64,000 nt of DNA from Lytechinus pictus (lineage: Eukaryota). Made by a program: the position numbers and the translations under genes. The notes beneath the pieces are model-generated. The model was not told where the DNA came from. It saw only the letters and a list, made by a program, of their open reading frames with translations, and made no database searches. Position 1 is the first letter of the stretch; each line of letters begins with the position of its first letter. The stretch spans positions 9,116,001 to 9,180,000 of the forward strand of contig NC_087263.1 in the NCBI RefSeq assembly GCF_037042905.1, in the 5' to 3' direction. Below, one piece after another: positions 1-13,144 of the stretch.

Positions 1-533
1 AAGACAAAGAAAAGAAATTTGAGACTAAATGTACCAAGACCGGGATTGAAGCCATCAAGTCAGAACCTCTTGAGTTGCCTCAAGAAAGACCCACTTGATA
101 ATTTATGGCGAGGTAGGAAATAAATTTCATTTGTTAGGGGCTATCTTTTTTCCTCATTGGGGCGATTGCAGAATTTTAGGGGCCGTTCTTTTATTTTATG
201 TGCTCCTTTTCAGGGGCAACAAACAATGCAGTACTTACAGTAATTTAAGCAAATGTCATTCAGCCATAGAATAGAATATTGATTTTCTATAAAATAATCT
301 TGATTATTGTTTGTGACAGATCTTGGGCTACTATAGAAATAACGGTCGCCCCAAAGCATGCATTTTGGAGGAATTTTAGGGGCAATTTGGATACTAGAAG
401 TAACGAAGGAACATCGCCCTCTATTTCCTACGCTGATTTTATACGGTAGTGGGTCTGCGCCTGTAGACTACATGTACACGTATTTTTTTATATTAATACC
501 ACCTTTTAAATAATATCCTTTGTTTTTCTTTAA

Positions 534-1120
534 AGGAGAATGAAACTCTTGGAGCAAGTTAGCTTTTGTGAAAGCAGAAAAATCAAAGAATAAGATCAAC
601 AAAAGTTTGAGTATTAAAAATAGGACTAGCAATAGAAGAGTTATGAGCATTTGAATGTCGAGATCACTAATGCTATGGAGATCCTCCCATTGGCAACGCA
701 ACCAAGATCTATGATATCACAGATGAACAACTCTCCCCTTTTGACACTGAAAATATACCCCAAAACATCTCTTTTTGCTCATTCTAATCATATGACAAAC
801 GATTCATCAATGATATAATGTTGTGAAACCTCTGTACTTGTCTTCTTATAAAGAGAACACCTCACCTTGTGATAGATTCTATATAAGTGAGAATATAAGT
901 AAAATAAGTACTAAAGCAATGAGGGAGTTGTACGTGTGTGACATCACAGATCTTGGTCGCATTGCCAATGGGAGGATCTACATGGCATTAGTGATCTCAA
1001 TATTCAAATGCTCATAACTTTCTTATTATTCATTCAATCTTCCTCAAACTTTCAACAATATGTTTCTTTGATTTTTCTCTTTGATATGGATTCAGCTGGT
1101 TTCAAGGGTTTCATTCTCCT
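534..1120. mobile_element. Kolobok-like MITE
   Basis: Terminal inverted repeats (TIRs) AGGAGAATGAAAC...GTTTCATTCTCCT flanked by TTAA on both sides; internal inverted segments. Confidence 0.8.
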
Positions 1121-2676
1121 TTAATTAATTATAAAGTGGTCTGAATTTTCAACAGCTAGTAAACTGAAGAAATAGGCCTAACCAAACTAACTGAACTTTT
1201 AATACTTCAATACTACATGTATTGAATTGAGTTGCAAACAAACAGAGCAAAATAGTCATGGCCACACATACACATACATGTAGCACATAATTATTTCTGG
1301 CTGATAAAGGCTACATTATCAAGATCAAGACAACATATCCATAAATTGTTTCTTATCATTATTATGCTTATTATCATACTGTACACAGACAATGTACACA
1401 CAGATGTCTTGTTGAATCCTACATGAACATCAAACATACACAAAAATTCAACGTTTTGAAAGGAGTGTGAACCTGCCTGCCCACTCAAACCTCCAGAGAG
1501 ACACGTCAGTCACTTCCACATAAACATTGGATTGTGGCATTCAGTGCCCTCAAATCTTCTGATTCGCTTTATTTCTATTTCCTCTTCTATTTCTCTCTCT
1601 AAATTCCACCCGACTCCAAAGGGCAAAGGGGAATTGACAACCTGTAGCTACAGCAGTCAGACTGCGAATCATAGAAATTCTGGAAATTTGCTCAGTGGAC
1701 TGACAAATAATCAGAGAATAACGTTTAGAATGAAGTCAACCAGTGTCTAATTGTGAGAAATGTATTTTCATCTATTTCATACAAAAGAATGATGTACATA
1801 CATGACGTACATGTACATGGAGGAGTGACACAATGAATGGAAGAAGAAGAGTACACATGTAGTACATGTACATGTGTACATACAGTGTGGTACACCATCA
1901 TCAGTACATGTACAGTATGCACACATTTGAAGCCCCTCATTATATTTTGTACAGTGTAGTTGTAGAACTACATACATGTACATGTAGAAGTCATTATTAA
2001 AATGGGAGATTGAATCTGAATTGAATTCAAATGAAAAAAATATATACGCTCATAGAACCTAGATCTATCTAGATGAAGACAGTTCAGTGGAAATTTAAAA
2101 AAGTTTTGAGCATATTCTGATACATGCAAAAATATTTTTGAATTTTCAGGGGCTACTTTTTACAACCTACAACATGCATGTATAGGCCTACCAATAGAAC
2201 CCCCTATCATTGATAAGCGCTAACATTACAATGAATGGGAATTTTCCGGGGCTCTTTTGATTATTTCAAAAAAGCTGTGAAATCGCTCTGAGCCCCCTCC
2301 CTTGTAAATTGTTATTTTTCCCATTTTGATGAAAATATTTTTAATGTCATAGATTAAATTTTTTGACAAATACCCGGTACGGTACCGAGTGTGAATTTCT
2401 CTACTCCCCCCCCCCCCCACATATTGAAAATGTCAGAGATAAAATTTTTGAGAAATACCCAGTAAGGTACCGAGTATGAATTTCTCTACCCCCCCCCCCC
2501 CCCCTGTCCGCTTTCTTAACTCCCTGTAGATCATTCCAGCAAGAGTTTCCAAAATAATAATCCAAACTCAGTTGCTCAACATACTGTACATGTATGGCTT
2601 CTGGATCATTCATACCAGATACATGTAGGCGGAAAGCCACAAAGTGAGGATTGATGCCTTGCCAAAGGACCCTTAG

Positions 2677-3070
2677 ACACCGTTCTCACTACGTTCCTAA
2701 AATTAGTTTAATGGAAACTAGTTTAACGCGTAGTGAGAACGGTCGAAGTGGTCTTGGAAGCGATCTTCCAAACCAGTTCAGAAAACCACCTCGCGATGTA
2801 GTTTTCAAGATCGCTTTACCTTGGTTAACTGGTTTTAGCACAAGTGAGGACACAACCGTTCATCGTGAAGCGATCTTCGCACACTTTGAGCGCGCTACTC
2901 CACACGACAGGTGTAGAATGCCTATGCTGCAGTTTCGAATTTCGCGCGAAACGTGTCACCCCACTGAGAGCATTTCCATAGCAAAAAGATCGCTTCACAT
3001 GAAGTGATTTTGAAAACCACTTTAGGTTTCCAGTATTAACTAGTTTTAGAAAATGTAATGAGAACGGTGT
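2677..3070. mobile_element. MITE
   Basis: TIRs ACACCGTTCTCACTACGTTCCTAAAATTAGTT / AACTAGTTTTAGAAAATGTAATGAGAACGGTGT. Confidence 0.75.
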
Positions 3071-3513
3071 AAAGGTGGCCATGGGTTTGAACACATGCAC
3101 ATGACCCTCTGATTATCTGATTTCAAGCAAGACTCAGAACCACTAAACCACAATGTACAATGCAAATCTATATCTGAGCATGATAATACATACATGTAAA
3201 ACTTCTCCCCTGGATGCACTTGACCTGAGACACTGCACCACCCCCCCCCCCCCTTTCCTTCCTCCAATCTCACTCCTGGACAGCTGATATTGATCTTGTC
3301 AATGACCTCTTCTACTAATCCCAAGACTGTGCTATTTACATGCACAGATCCTGGCTAGTCTATTTACATTGCATGCAAGTGGCAGGTACTGGCTAGTCTA
3401 TGAGCACAGACTATTTGAAGTATTTAAAACAGTTTGTAAATTATGAGAGTGCTGGTACATCAGTGCATATCTACACTGCACCTTAAAAGTTATCCTGTTT
3501 CATACAAACTTAA

Positions 3514-3907
3514 AGATAAATGCCAGTTGTGGTAATGATCTCAAAATGAGTTTGTACAGAATCCAATTAAATGACCACCAAAGTGTCTGTTTGTATAAAT
3601 AAAAAACATGTGCTAAATGATTCTGGAAGAAATTGTGTGATTGCTGAGAAATTAGCAAATAAGCACGGGATTCGGGTCAAGCGTCGGGCCGACATTCAAA
3701 GCAGTAATAATACACTGTCCCACGTGCGCTTATCTGTGTTGGTGATCTTTAGTGTGGACATTTTTCAGCGTAGATTTCAAGATTTCACAAAGTTCAGTTT
3801 ATGTAACTGTCCCAGATCTAGATCCTCGATGATATAGTGACAATTAAGCCTGGTTTTACAGACTTTCTTGTGAAATCAGTGTTTACTGCAACTACTTTCA
3901 TTTATCT
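3514..3907. mobile_element. Kolobok-like MITE; a related copy lies at ~57080-57460
   Basis: TTAA|AGATAAATG...CATTTATCT|TTAA. Clear similarity to 57080-57460. Confidence 0.7.
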
Positions 3908-4219
3908 TTAACCTAATGAACAAGTTTTTTAAGAAATATTCCATCCACCAATCAGATAAAAGGATTGGAGTATGAGCAGACAGACTAGATTCTGGTAAAG
4001 TCATACAGCCCCATTCATTATAACACCCACCCCCATGTCTCTTTTTTGTACAAGGTGAGGTACACATGCACATACATGTATTCAATAGTCTCTAAAAAAG
4101 AGCTGCATACATTTACAGGATGTACATGTATTAGTTTTGTCATACTGTAATGTATGTATTCATAATAATCATCATTTATTAAAATCATTGATCCCAATAA
4201 ATTATCAATAAGCAGTTCA

Positions 4220-4480
4220 TTACAATCATCACTATCATCATCATCATTATCACCACCACCATCATCACCATCATCATTGATACACATCATCACCATCATC
4301 ATCATCATCATCATCACCACCATCATCATCATATCATCATTATAATCATCATCACCATCATTATCATCATCATCACCTTCATCATCACCATCATCACCAT
4401 CATCATCATCACCATCATCACCATCATCATCATCACCATCATCGTCATCATCATCACCATCACCACCACCATCATCAACA
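4220..4480. repeat. (CAT/CAC)n microsatellite; similar tracts at 6050-6245, 12120-12440 and 53880-54070
   Basis: Direct inspection. Confidence 0.95.
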
Positions 4481-4499
4481 ATAATTTGCTCCTTCACAT

Positions 4500-4590
4500 C
4501 GCCATACTACAAAGATTACTTCGGGAGATCATGCACTTGCCTGCGCATCCCCCAAATTATGGAATGGCTTGCCATATTACGTAATTATTG
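4500..4590 (+). pseudogene. Degenerate 3' end of an L2/CR1-type LINE ORF2
   Basis: Translates to PKLWNGLPYYV, resembling the LINE C-terminal APKLWNxLP motif. Confidence 0.4.
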
Positions 4591-5266
4591 CCCTCGTCAA
4601 GACTCTGACTTCTGGCAATATGAGACTCTTCGGAAAATGCTAGATTGCTATCTCCCTCAAAGTCAGTCAATATTTTACATTACATACATGTAGGTTATCT
4701 TATAAATTCGAATCAGTGATAGGTCAATACGCCATCACGTGACCATAGCTGCCAGGATCACATTTGTTATATTCTAGGTTTTGATGTCACCTCAGTGAAT
4801 ATAACTGTGTTGTATTGTAAACTGCGGCGTTATATTCACTAAGGTGGCACCACTCGCTGCATACAACTTGCGTAATCAGGTAGTTTAGTTGATGTACGCA
4901 CTAGTGTTTACGTGTCGATTGCATGAAGAATGTGCTTGATGTATTTTTCCAAAATATTTCTATTATGACGTAGATGGATCAGAGTTGCAGCAAGAATCTC
5001 GGGTTAATCATAAAGCCAAAATGATGAATGCAGTCTCTGATGCGGAATCTACATGGACTATATACAGACATTCCTTGTCTATCTTTTTTAATAAATAACA
5101 TTTCAACTCCCCTCCCAAGCTATATTTTTTCCTCAGGAGAATATTTTCCCTCGGCGCTGTGCGCTTCAGGCAAAATATAATCCCTTGGAAAAATATACAT
5201 GTACATCTAACTCTGTCGGGAAATGAAATGTTATAATATTCAAACTCTAGGTAGGCAGTATCTGTA

Positions 5267-6042
5267 CAGTCCGACCTCTCTTATCCGGACACGCTGGGAC
5301 CAGCACCAATCTGTATTATAAAGGGATTTATCCAGATCTGGGAGACCCAATATTAAATACACGCAGCTGCCTCTCCAACGGCGGTAGCTACACGTAATAT
5401 ATTGTAGTGGGCGTAGTATTCACTGCAGTGTCAGTGCAAATTATAGGCGGTATTTTTACGGAAATGAAATCCATCGATGGCCAAAACTGTTGCATAATTT
5501 ACCTGCTAAAATGATTGATGTATACGTTGAGCATACCTCGAAAGAAAGAGAATGACTCGATGAAACTAAGTTTTACAATTAGTTCATCGCGGCCGGTATC
5601 GCAGCTTCGCAATGTCAGCCATTGTTATACTGACTGTAGGCTCAAACATGATAGATGTCGCTGTCCGTATTGAGGCCTAGCGTTAGCTCGCGAGATATAT
5701 GTTGTTTTACCCGGGAAGCAAAAAGAGAACGTGATGAAATGTTTGCGCTGCGCCCTGATTTACTGGAAAATTATCCTGCCTTTTAAAGTTCGCTAAATTT
5801 TTCTGTGATTTGGGTGAGATATTTTCATGAAATTGAAAAATAATGTTGTTGTAGGTAGACTATAAGTATAATGGAAAATATATGTAATCAAAGTGAGTTT
5901 ACGTATATAGGATTGAGTTTAGATTGAAATCTCATTTCCTCACGTACTAGATTGAATTGAAAAAAAAAATATATTGGCAAGTGTGCGTCCAGATAATAGA
6001 GAGATGCGGATAAGGGGAGGCCGGATAAGAGAGGTCGGACTG
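5267..6042. mobile_element. Tc1/mariner (pogo/Tigger-like) non-autonomous element
   Basis: TA|CAGTCCGACCTCTCTTATCCGG...CCGGATAAGAGAGGTCGGACTG|TA; perfect 22-bp TIRs and TA TSD. Confidence 0.9.
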
Positions 6043-6644
6043 TATTTAATATCATTATCATCATCATAACCATATTAATCATTGTCACAATAATCATCAT
6101 CATCCTCACCGTATGACTATGATGATGATGATGATGATGGTGATGTTGGTGATGGTGATGATAACGACGATGGCGATGCGATGATGGTGATGATGATGAT
6201 GATGATGATGAAGATGGTGGCGGAGAAGATAATGATGATGATGAACAACAGACAGAGTGGCATACGGGTCACAGTTCACGAAAGGGAAATTCTTCCCTTC
6301 TGCCAGGAGGCAATGTAAGGAACCTTCACATTCTGGATTCTGGACAATCAGACCACAACATGAATATCATTGAAGAATGTTCTCTCAAATACTTACTCAT
6401 CTTTGAACGGTGTAGAAGTTTATCGTACAAATATCCTTCATTACGTGAACTTTATTCTGCAAGATTGCGTGTGATTTCCAACAACTAATCATGAATGCTT
6501 CCAGTAACATACAAAATGCTGATGGTTTATACACAGTTGTTTATTCCAGCAACGATCCATCTGGGTATATCTGCATGAAATGGAAGGTGAGGAGAAAGTA
6601 TGGGAAGAAAATTAGGGTCGACCAATTATTTTGCATAATGTAGG

Positions 6645-8837
6645 CAGGGCTCCACACTAACCCTTTTTTTCTACTGGTCCAACCTATTCATGTCGGACCA
6701 GTAGATACCCAGTTTTTCAATTTTTTACTGGTCCGAACCTAAAATCTACTGGTCCCAAAAAATAAAGAAAACATTAAAAAAAGGTGTGAGTTTATTTTGC
6801 TGTCCTTTTTTGTTACCCCCCCCCCCCCAAAAAAAAAAATGAAGGAATGAATGAATGAAAGACAAAAAGAAAGAAAGGAAGAAAGAATAAAAGAAAGGAA
6901 GGAAGGAAGAAAAAAGCAAAGGTAAAGGATAGATGTGAAGGAAGGAAAAAAAGAAAGAACTAAAGAAAGAAAGAAGGAAAGGAAGGAAAGAAAGAACAAA
7001 AATAAGAAAGAAAGAACAAAAGAAAAAAAGGAAGGAAAGAAAGAAAGAAAGAAAGAAAGAAAAAAAAAGAAGGAAAGAAATGATGCAAGCAATAAAGAAA
7101 GAAAAAACAAAAGACAGAAAGTAATGAAAAAAGAAAAAGAAAGAAGGAAAGAAGCAAGAAAGAAAGGGTAAAAGGAGAGATGGAAAGAAGGAAAAAAGAA
7201 AGAATAAAAGAAACGAAGGAAGAAAAAAGTAAAGAAAAAATGTGAAGAAAGGAAAAAAAAACAAAGAAGGAAAGGAAGGAAAGAAAGAACAAAAGAAAAA
7301 AAGAATGAAGGAAAGAAATGAAGCAAGCAATATAGAAAGAAAGAACAAAAGACAAAGTAATGAAAGAAAGAAGGAAAGAAGGAATAAAAAAAAGAAAGGG
7401 TAAAAGGAGAGATGGAAAGAAGGAAAACAGAAAAAGGATTGAAAGAAGGAAGAAATCAAGAAAAGGGAAAATGATAGAAGGAAAAAGGAATGTTGGGAAG
7501 GAATAAAGAAGGAAGGAAGCAAGCAAGCAATATAAAAAAAATATTAAAAATGTTAAAGAATAAATGAAAGGAAGAATAAAAAAGAAAGACCAAACTTCAA
7601 AGAAAGAAAGGAAAGGAAGCAAGCAGTAAATAAAAGGAAGAAAGAAAAGGTAAAAGGATAGATGGAACGAAGGGGAAAAAGAAAGAACAAAAGACAAAGA
7701 AGAAAGGAAGGAATGAAAGAGAGAGAGGGCTGAAAGAAGGAATAAAAACAAGAAAGGGTGAAGAAAGGATGGATGGAATGAGGAAAGAAAGTAACAAAGA
7801 ATGAAGGAAAGAAAGGGGAAAAGAAGGAAGGAAATGAAGAAAGAAAGAAGAGACAAATATAGGATGGATGGACTCAAGAATTAAAGAAAGAAGGAAATCA
7901 AAAAAGAAAGAAAAAGAAAGAGCATTAGAAATAGAGAAAAATATTAACAGGACAGAAAGAATGAAAGAACAAAAGACAAAGAAAAAGGGAAAATTAAAAA
8001 AGAAAGACAGTAAAAGAAGAGAGGGAAGAAACGAAGAAAGATTGAAAAGAAAGAAGGAAAGAAAGATTGAAAGAAAACAAAGGAAGAAAGCTAAAACTAT
8101 CATCATAAATAAATTATCAGTTTCTTTTTGGCTCAATTAAAATATTGAAGTACTAGCTACGAAAGAAACCAAATGTATCAACACACACACACAAATGCAT
8201 ATGTGGGGCTATCATGTATTCAGACGATATCACTCGAAACCCGATCTCTTTGAACTAAAACAGAAGTGAAAATTTCTCCTTTTACTGCTTACAAATGACA
8301 GAGTTACCCCAATTTTGGCAAATTTTTAGGAAATATGGACATTATAAGAGCTTTTCATTAATGTGAATTTTGACAGTTCTGTGAGAGATTTCTGCCAGAG
8401 GTTAGCCAAGCTTCGTTCGTGCAGCCAGTAGGAAATTTACCATGTGGGCTGTGTGGCTGGCTAGCCACGTGTACACTGTATATGTTACCCTATCAAAAAT
8501 TGCATGCGATTCATTCTGTGTGTGTTCTGTGTGTGAATGCCAGAATTTAACTGGAGGAAAATGGTTCGCAATTTGAGTCATGGAATATTTTTCATGTTTA
8601 TGTTGGACTAGCGAATTTGACCATTTCTGAAAAAGTTACTGGCCCAACAATAGTTTTTATTACTGTTTATGTCGGACCCATAAATCTTGCTATTTTTGGA
8701 AAAATTACTGGCCTGACAATGATATTTTTTACTGGTCATGTCGGACCAGTAAATCTTGCTATTTCTGAAAATCTGCTGGTCCGACAGTGATTTTTACCGG
8801 TCTGGGACCGTCGGACCGGCGCTAGTGTCGAGCCCTG
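6645..8837. mobile_element. Non-autonomous DNA transposon (CAGGG termini) carrying a purine-rich tract
   Basis: TIRs CAGGGCTCCACACTA / TAGTGTCGAGCCCTG (14/15 match); ATGTAGG duplicated on both flanks; subterminal ACTGGTCC/GGACCAGT repeats. Confidence 0.85.
6840..8095. repeat. (GAAA/GGAA)n low-complexity tract with internal duplications
   Basis: Direct inspection; source of the spurious F/S/L-rich ORFs. Confidence 0.95.
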
Positions 8838-9475
8838 ATGTAGGAAAGGGAAATAAGATGGAGTTGAAATCACGCTTGATTGTCTCGTTACATCCTTTGC
8901 GAGCTCTGGCATATGATTCGACGACTGACAACGGATATTTGTTCTAAAGCCGTTTCCCATCTGATTTCTTGGTATGAACATCTACATGTATTTTGCAGTG
9001 GGGTTCGGTTCTAGCCAAGGCAATATAATTTTGATAAATTCTATGAATTTCCTAGATGTTTATCCCTCTTTTTCGTTTGTAACATTGATTCTTATCATTC
9101 CTATGGACACCGTGCTTACTCTCTCTTGAGCATGTTGAGAAGCATTTGTAATATGCAACAATCGATGAGCGCAAGGTGGTCGGTTTCAGGAGATGGTCAA
9201 TATGCATGGCAGACTCAATAACGTTATACTTATGATTACCATCATGACCATAAAAGAAATTGAAGTTCCTCATTTGTTTGGACAGCAGGTTTAAGTGTTG
9301 TGACAATAGCTGATTTTTCTACTTATTTTACTCAGTAAAAATTTTAGTTTTTAAATTAAATTCTCTAACTTTAGCATGGCAATTAATTGGTATGCGAATC
9401 AGTTGCGAACAATTTTTGGTGGGGAAATTTGCTCGAAGTCAGCCGCAGCAAAACTGCATTAGTTCTAGTGCCCAG

Positions 9476-11422
9476 GGGCGGTATTCTGAGGTCATTTTAT
9501 TTTTAAAACATTTTATTTTATCTCTTAAAATGAAATTGGTATTCTGAGATGACATTTTATCTCTAAGATAAAATTTAAAATTTTATTTTGCGTATAAATT
9601 TTATCTTGCGTATCTATGATGATACGCAACAGAGCAGTGGCTGCGTAGACATACCCATCGCGTATCTGGCCATTGCAACGCGGGTGATGTGCTTGCACCC
9701 AAGTTACTTTGAAGAAAAAATAAAATAAACTTAAAAGAGGGTAAGGGCTATTTTATCTCTGCGACGTTGATTTCATCAATATTTCTAGGTGAATTAACTC
9801 CAAATGTTGGCCTGAAAATTAAGAAAAATTATATAGTCATTGATTGATTGATTGATAAAAAAATTAACGACACTATCAAGACATGCGTGTCATATAAGTG
9901 TCGGAGAGTTAATCTGGAAAGGTTACTATAATACAGTACAAATTACCCTAATGCAACTTTACAAAGGAACAGGATTATACCAGGCCTGATTATACATTAG
10001 TAATTATCAGTAATAAATTAATACGTTAAGAACAACACCTTAAAGTTATTCTTGTACAATCAGGAAGCATTTCATAAGACTTTTCTTGACTAATATTGTC
10101 TTTGAAATGATGCTTGAAAAGATGCGATATAGACTTCGAAAAAAAGATGAGAGTATTACCATTTTGTTAAAAAGAAATCTCTGTATACGCAGTTGTTGTG
10201 TGTCCGGACGATCAATTTTAGAAAGTCATTTGGAAAAAATTACAATACAAGCGAAGTTTCATCAATTTTTAGTACAAAATGTTAGAAAATATTATAGAGA
10301 ACAAAATAGAAGATGATTAACTATTGAATTCATATTTTTAGTGTAATCTTAAGACAAAAAAGAAGGCTTCAAAAATATAAAGTGTCCGGACACCCGACCC
10401 CCCATCCTACAGACGCACAGGTGTATAGTGCCAGCGTATTGAAGTCAATAAATTGACGCAATCTCACTCCTTCGGCTAGCGGAATGGTGAGTAATATGAG
10501 AGAGCTATAAAAGCGCGTTTCTAATTGGATATTGATTAAAATAGGTGTGTCTTACAGAGATAAAATTGTTCTCAGAATACCAATTCGGAAAGATTTTGTT
10601 TTTAAGAATTAAGGGTAGGCCTACGGTTAGGGTGTCTGAAGCCACACTGAAAAGTGTCAGCATAAAACAGGCTAATTTAGGGGAAAATATGGCACATTTT
10701 TTCGGGGAAGTTCAGGCTACTAGAAAAATGTGATCTGAATTGATAATTAACTTGTGTTTGGCATGTATGGAAAGAGAAAATCCAGGGGCTTCTTCTGACA
10801 GTAAGGACAAGTTTATATGATCATTTTAAATAAGGATTTAGAGATAAATTGCAAACCCTTATTTTTGTGTGTGTTGAAATTGCCATTTCTCCATGCGTTT
10901 TCTATGGGAAAATGAAATTTCTGTTTTGCACAATTTTTTTCACTTTGTCGCAATTTTTCATTGTGATCTGGTTTCCAAATCTTTATAAAAATCATACCAT
11001 CAGATAGAGCATAAAAAATCCTATTGGACTCTTTATGGACAAGTTTTTGGCATTAATAATAAATTTATAACAGCTCTCGGAAGCTAAAAATTTGGATTTG
11101 TGTGTGTCCATTTCTTAACTACACAGTCTATGGCAGAGAAATGCTGAAAATTTACCCAATTTCATTCTTCTTTTTTGCAGCCAATAATTGGATTTTTTTC
11201 AAAAATGTTACATTTCTGTCAGTCTGAAGGTCATTTCTCTTCAAATTCACAAAGAAAATGTGATACTTTCTTGAAATAGGAAAAATAATTTTTTTCTCCA
11301 GACACCCTACTACGGTATTTTAATTTTTATCTCACTGATTTTAACGGAGATAATTATAATTAAAATATTTTATTTTATCTGACTCTGAGACTGAGATTAA
11401 AATGGATCTCAGAATACCACCC
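9476..11422. mobile_element. PIF/Harbinger-like non-autonomous element
   Basis: TIRs GGGCGGTATTCTGAG / CTCAGAATACCACCC; 3-bp TSD CAG. Confidence 0.8.
10628..11309. mobile_element. Nested MITE (TAGGG termini)
   Basis: TIRs TAGGGTGTCTG / CAGACACCCTA; CTACGGT duplicated on both flanks. Confidence 0.8.
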
Positions 11423-12439
11423 CAGTTGTTGTTGTTGTTCGTTGTGGGTCGTTGTGGGTCGTTTCCACACCCAAATGATCTCCTCGGTATACTCTCAGGC
11501 CAAGTATAGACATTCATTCATTCTTATCCCGTTCCACACGGACTCACTCGTGAAGGCACACGGCTAGTCCGGCCGATCCCCACGGCCCGCGCCCATTGCA
11601 CTTCCACTACACACACAGACAAGATCATGATCCATCAGGCATCAGACAGTAAGCTCAGCAGCACAAACTTTGCACAGTGGGCTTCGCGAAATATCTCGAA
11701 ATTAGTACTTACCACGTCTATAATACAACGTCTATTCCCACATCTAATACCAAATATTCATTGCTAACAATAGTTTTATTCGCATGCCCATATATCAACG
11801 GTTTTACACATAAAACATGACTCATACCTAATCCACATCCGCATTCATTGCCGCAATAACACACCAACTGCACACAAGAAAGTCGCCATCTTGGAAACAC
11901 CTTTTGCCTGATCATGTGACCAAAATATTTTGGTATGACATCGACATACTCGACAGATCTCGTTCTTCAATTTTTGAATGGCAAAAACCGGGGACCAAAA
12001 AGATAATGCTCAAATGATGATATAAAAAGACAGCTCAGGCTCAGGAGATTTGAAAATTTGAGATAATGTATCAAAATCATATGCCTATGCGTGTGGTGAA
12101 TTAATTGCAACCCCAGAACCCGATGATGATGATGATGGTGATGATGATGGTGGTGGTGGTGGTGGTGGTGGTGGTGGTGGTGGTGGTGGTGGTGATGATG
12201 AGCGATAATCATATGGCGATGAAGATGAGGAGGAGGAAGATGGTTATGATGATAATAATCATGGCGATGATGACAATGTTGATGATGAAGATGACGATGA
12301 TGATGATGAAGATGACGATGGTGGTGGTGATGATGATGATGATAATGGTGATGATGATGATGATGTTGATTATTGTTATTATTGTTAGTAGTAGTATTGT
12401 TATTATAATTATTATTATTCTTACATGTATCATCATCAT

Positions 12440-12701
12440 CAGGGGCGGATCAAGGATTTTTCGAAAGGGGGGAGCACATTTTCCCAAGGAAAATTTTGAA
12501 AAGCAAAAAAAAATATTTAAAAAAAAGGAAAAAAGAAAGGGATTTCTTCCACGAAAAAATTTGACAAGCAAAAAAAAGGTCTTCAAAAGGGTCACACTTC
12601 TGTTTTAACGGCATTTTTACATTACAAATTTTAATTGTGCCTCTCAAAAGGGGGGCACGGACGGGCTGTGCCCCCCCCCCCCCCCCTTGGATCCGCCACT
12701 G
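12440..12701. mobile_element. MITE inserted in a (CAT)n tract
   Basis: CAGGGGCGGATCAAGG...CCTTGGATCCGCCACTG. Confidence 0.75.
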
Positions 12702-13144
12702 ATCAATCATCATCACCATCCTCATTATAATCATCATAGTTATCATTATTAAATGCTCATTATTGGGCCAAATATGTCTAACTAATATGGTAATTTAGTG
12801 AGAAGAAATTAGGAGGGGCAGGAAAAAAAGGGGGTGGAAAAGGAGGAGAAAGAACTTCAAACGAGAAGATGACGGCAATCCTCCCCTCATACACAATTAA
12901 AGCTGTTTTTTTAAGGTATGCTAGCACCTTTGACAGTCATGCACCCCATTTTCATAAAATTTAAACAAGAGATGGCGCTCTTTCAAATTTGCTTTGCTCA
13001 ACATCACCAACGGCGATAACATTTTTCAAACAATAATTAGGCCGGTATAAATCCAAATCAACTTGAAACTTTCTGTAATGTACGTATTGAATTTACTTTC
13101 AGTTTGCCTCTTTTTATTCAGACTTATTTCAGGACGGGGATATC

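Noticed and set aside
4018..4497. Asp/His/Met-rich ORFs (also 11967-12746, 53613-54166 and 55647-55992)
   Set aside because: Translations of trinucleotide and tetranucleotide microsatellites.
6250..6600. Coding-looking plus-strand patch ending in AAG|gtgag
   Set aside because: In-frame stops upstream, no recognisable motif, and no partner exon found.
6739..8140. Long ORFs of 179-305 aa rich in F/S/L, and shorter K/E/R-rich ORFs
   Set aside because: Translations of a (GAAA)n low-complexity tract inside a transposon.
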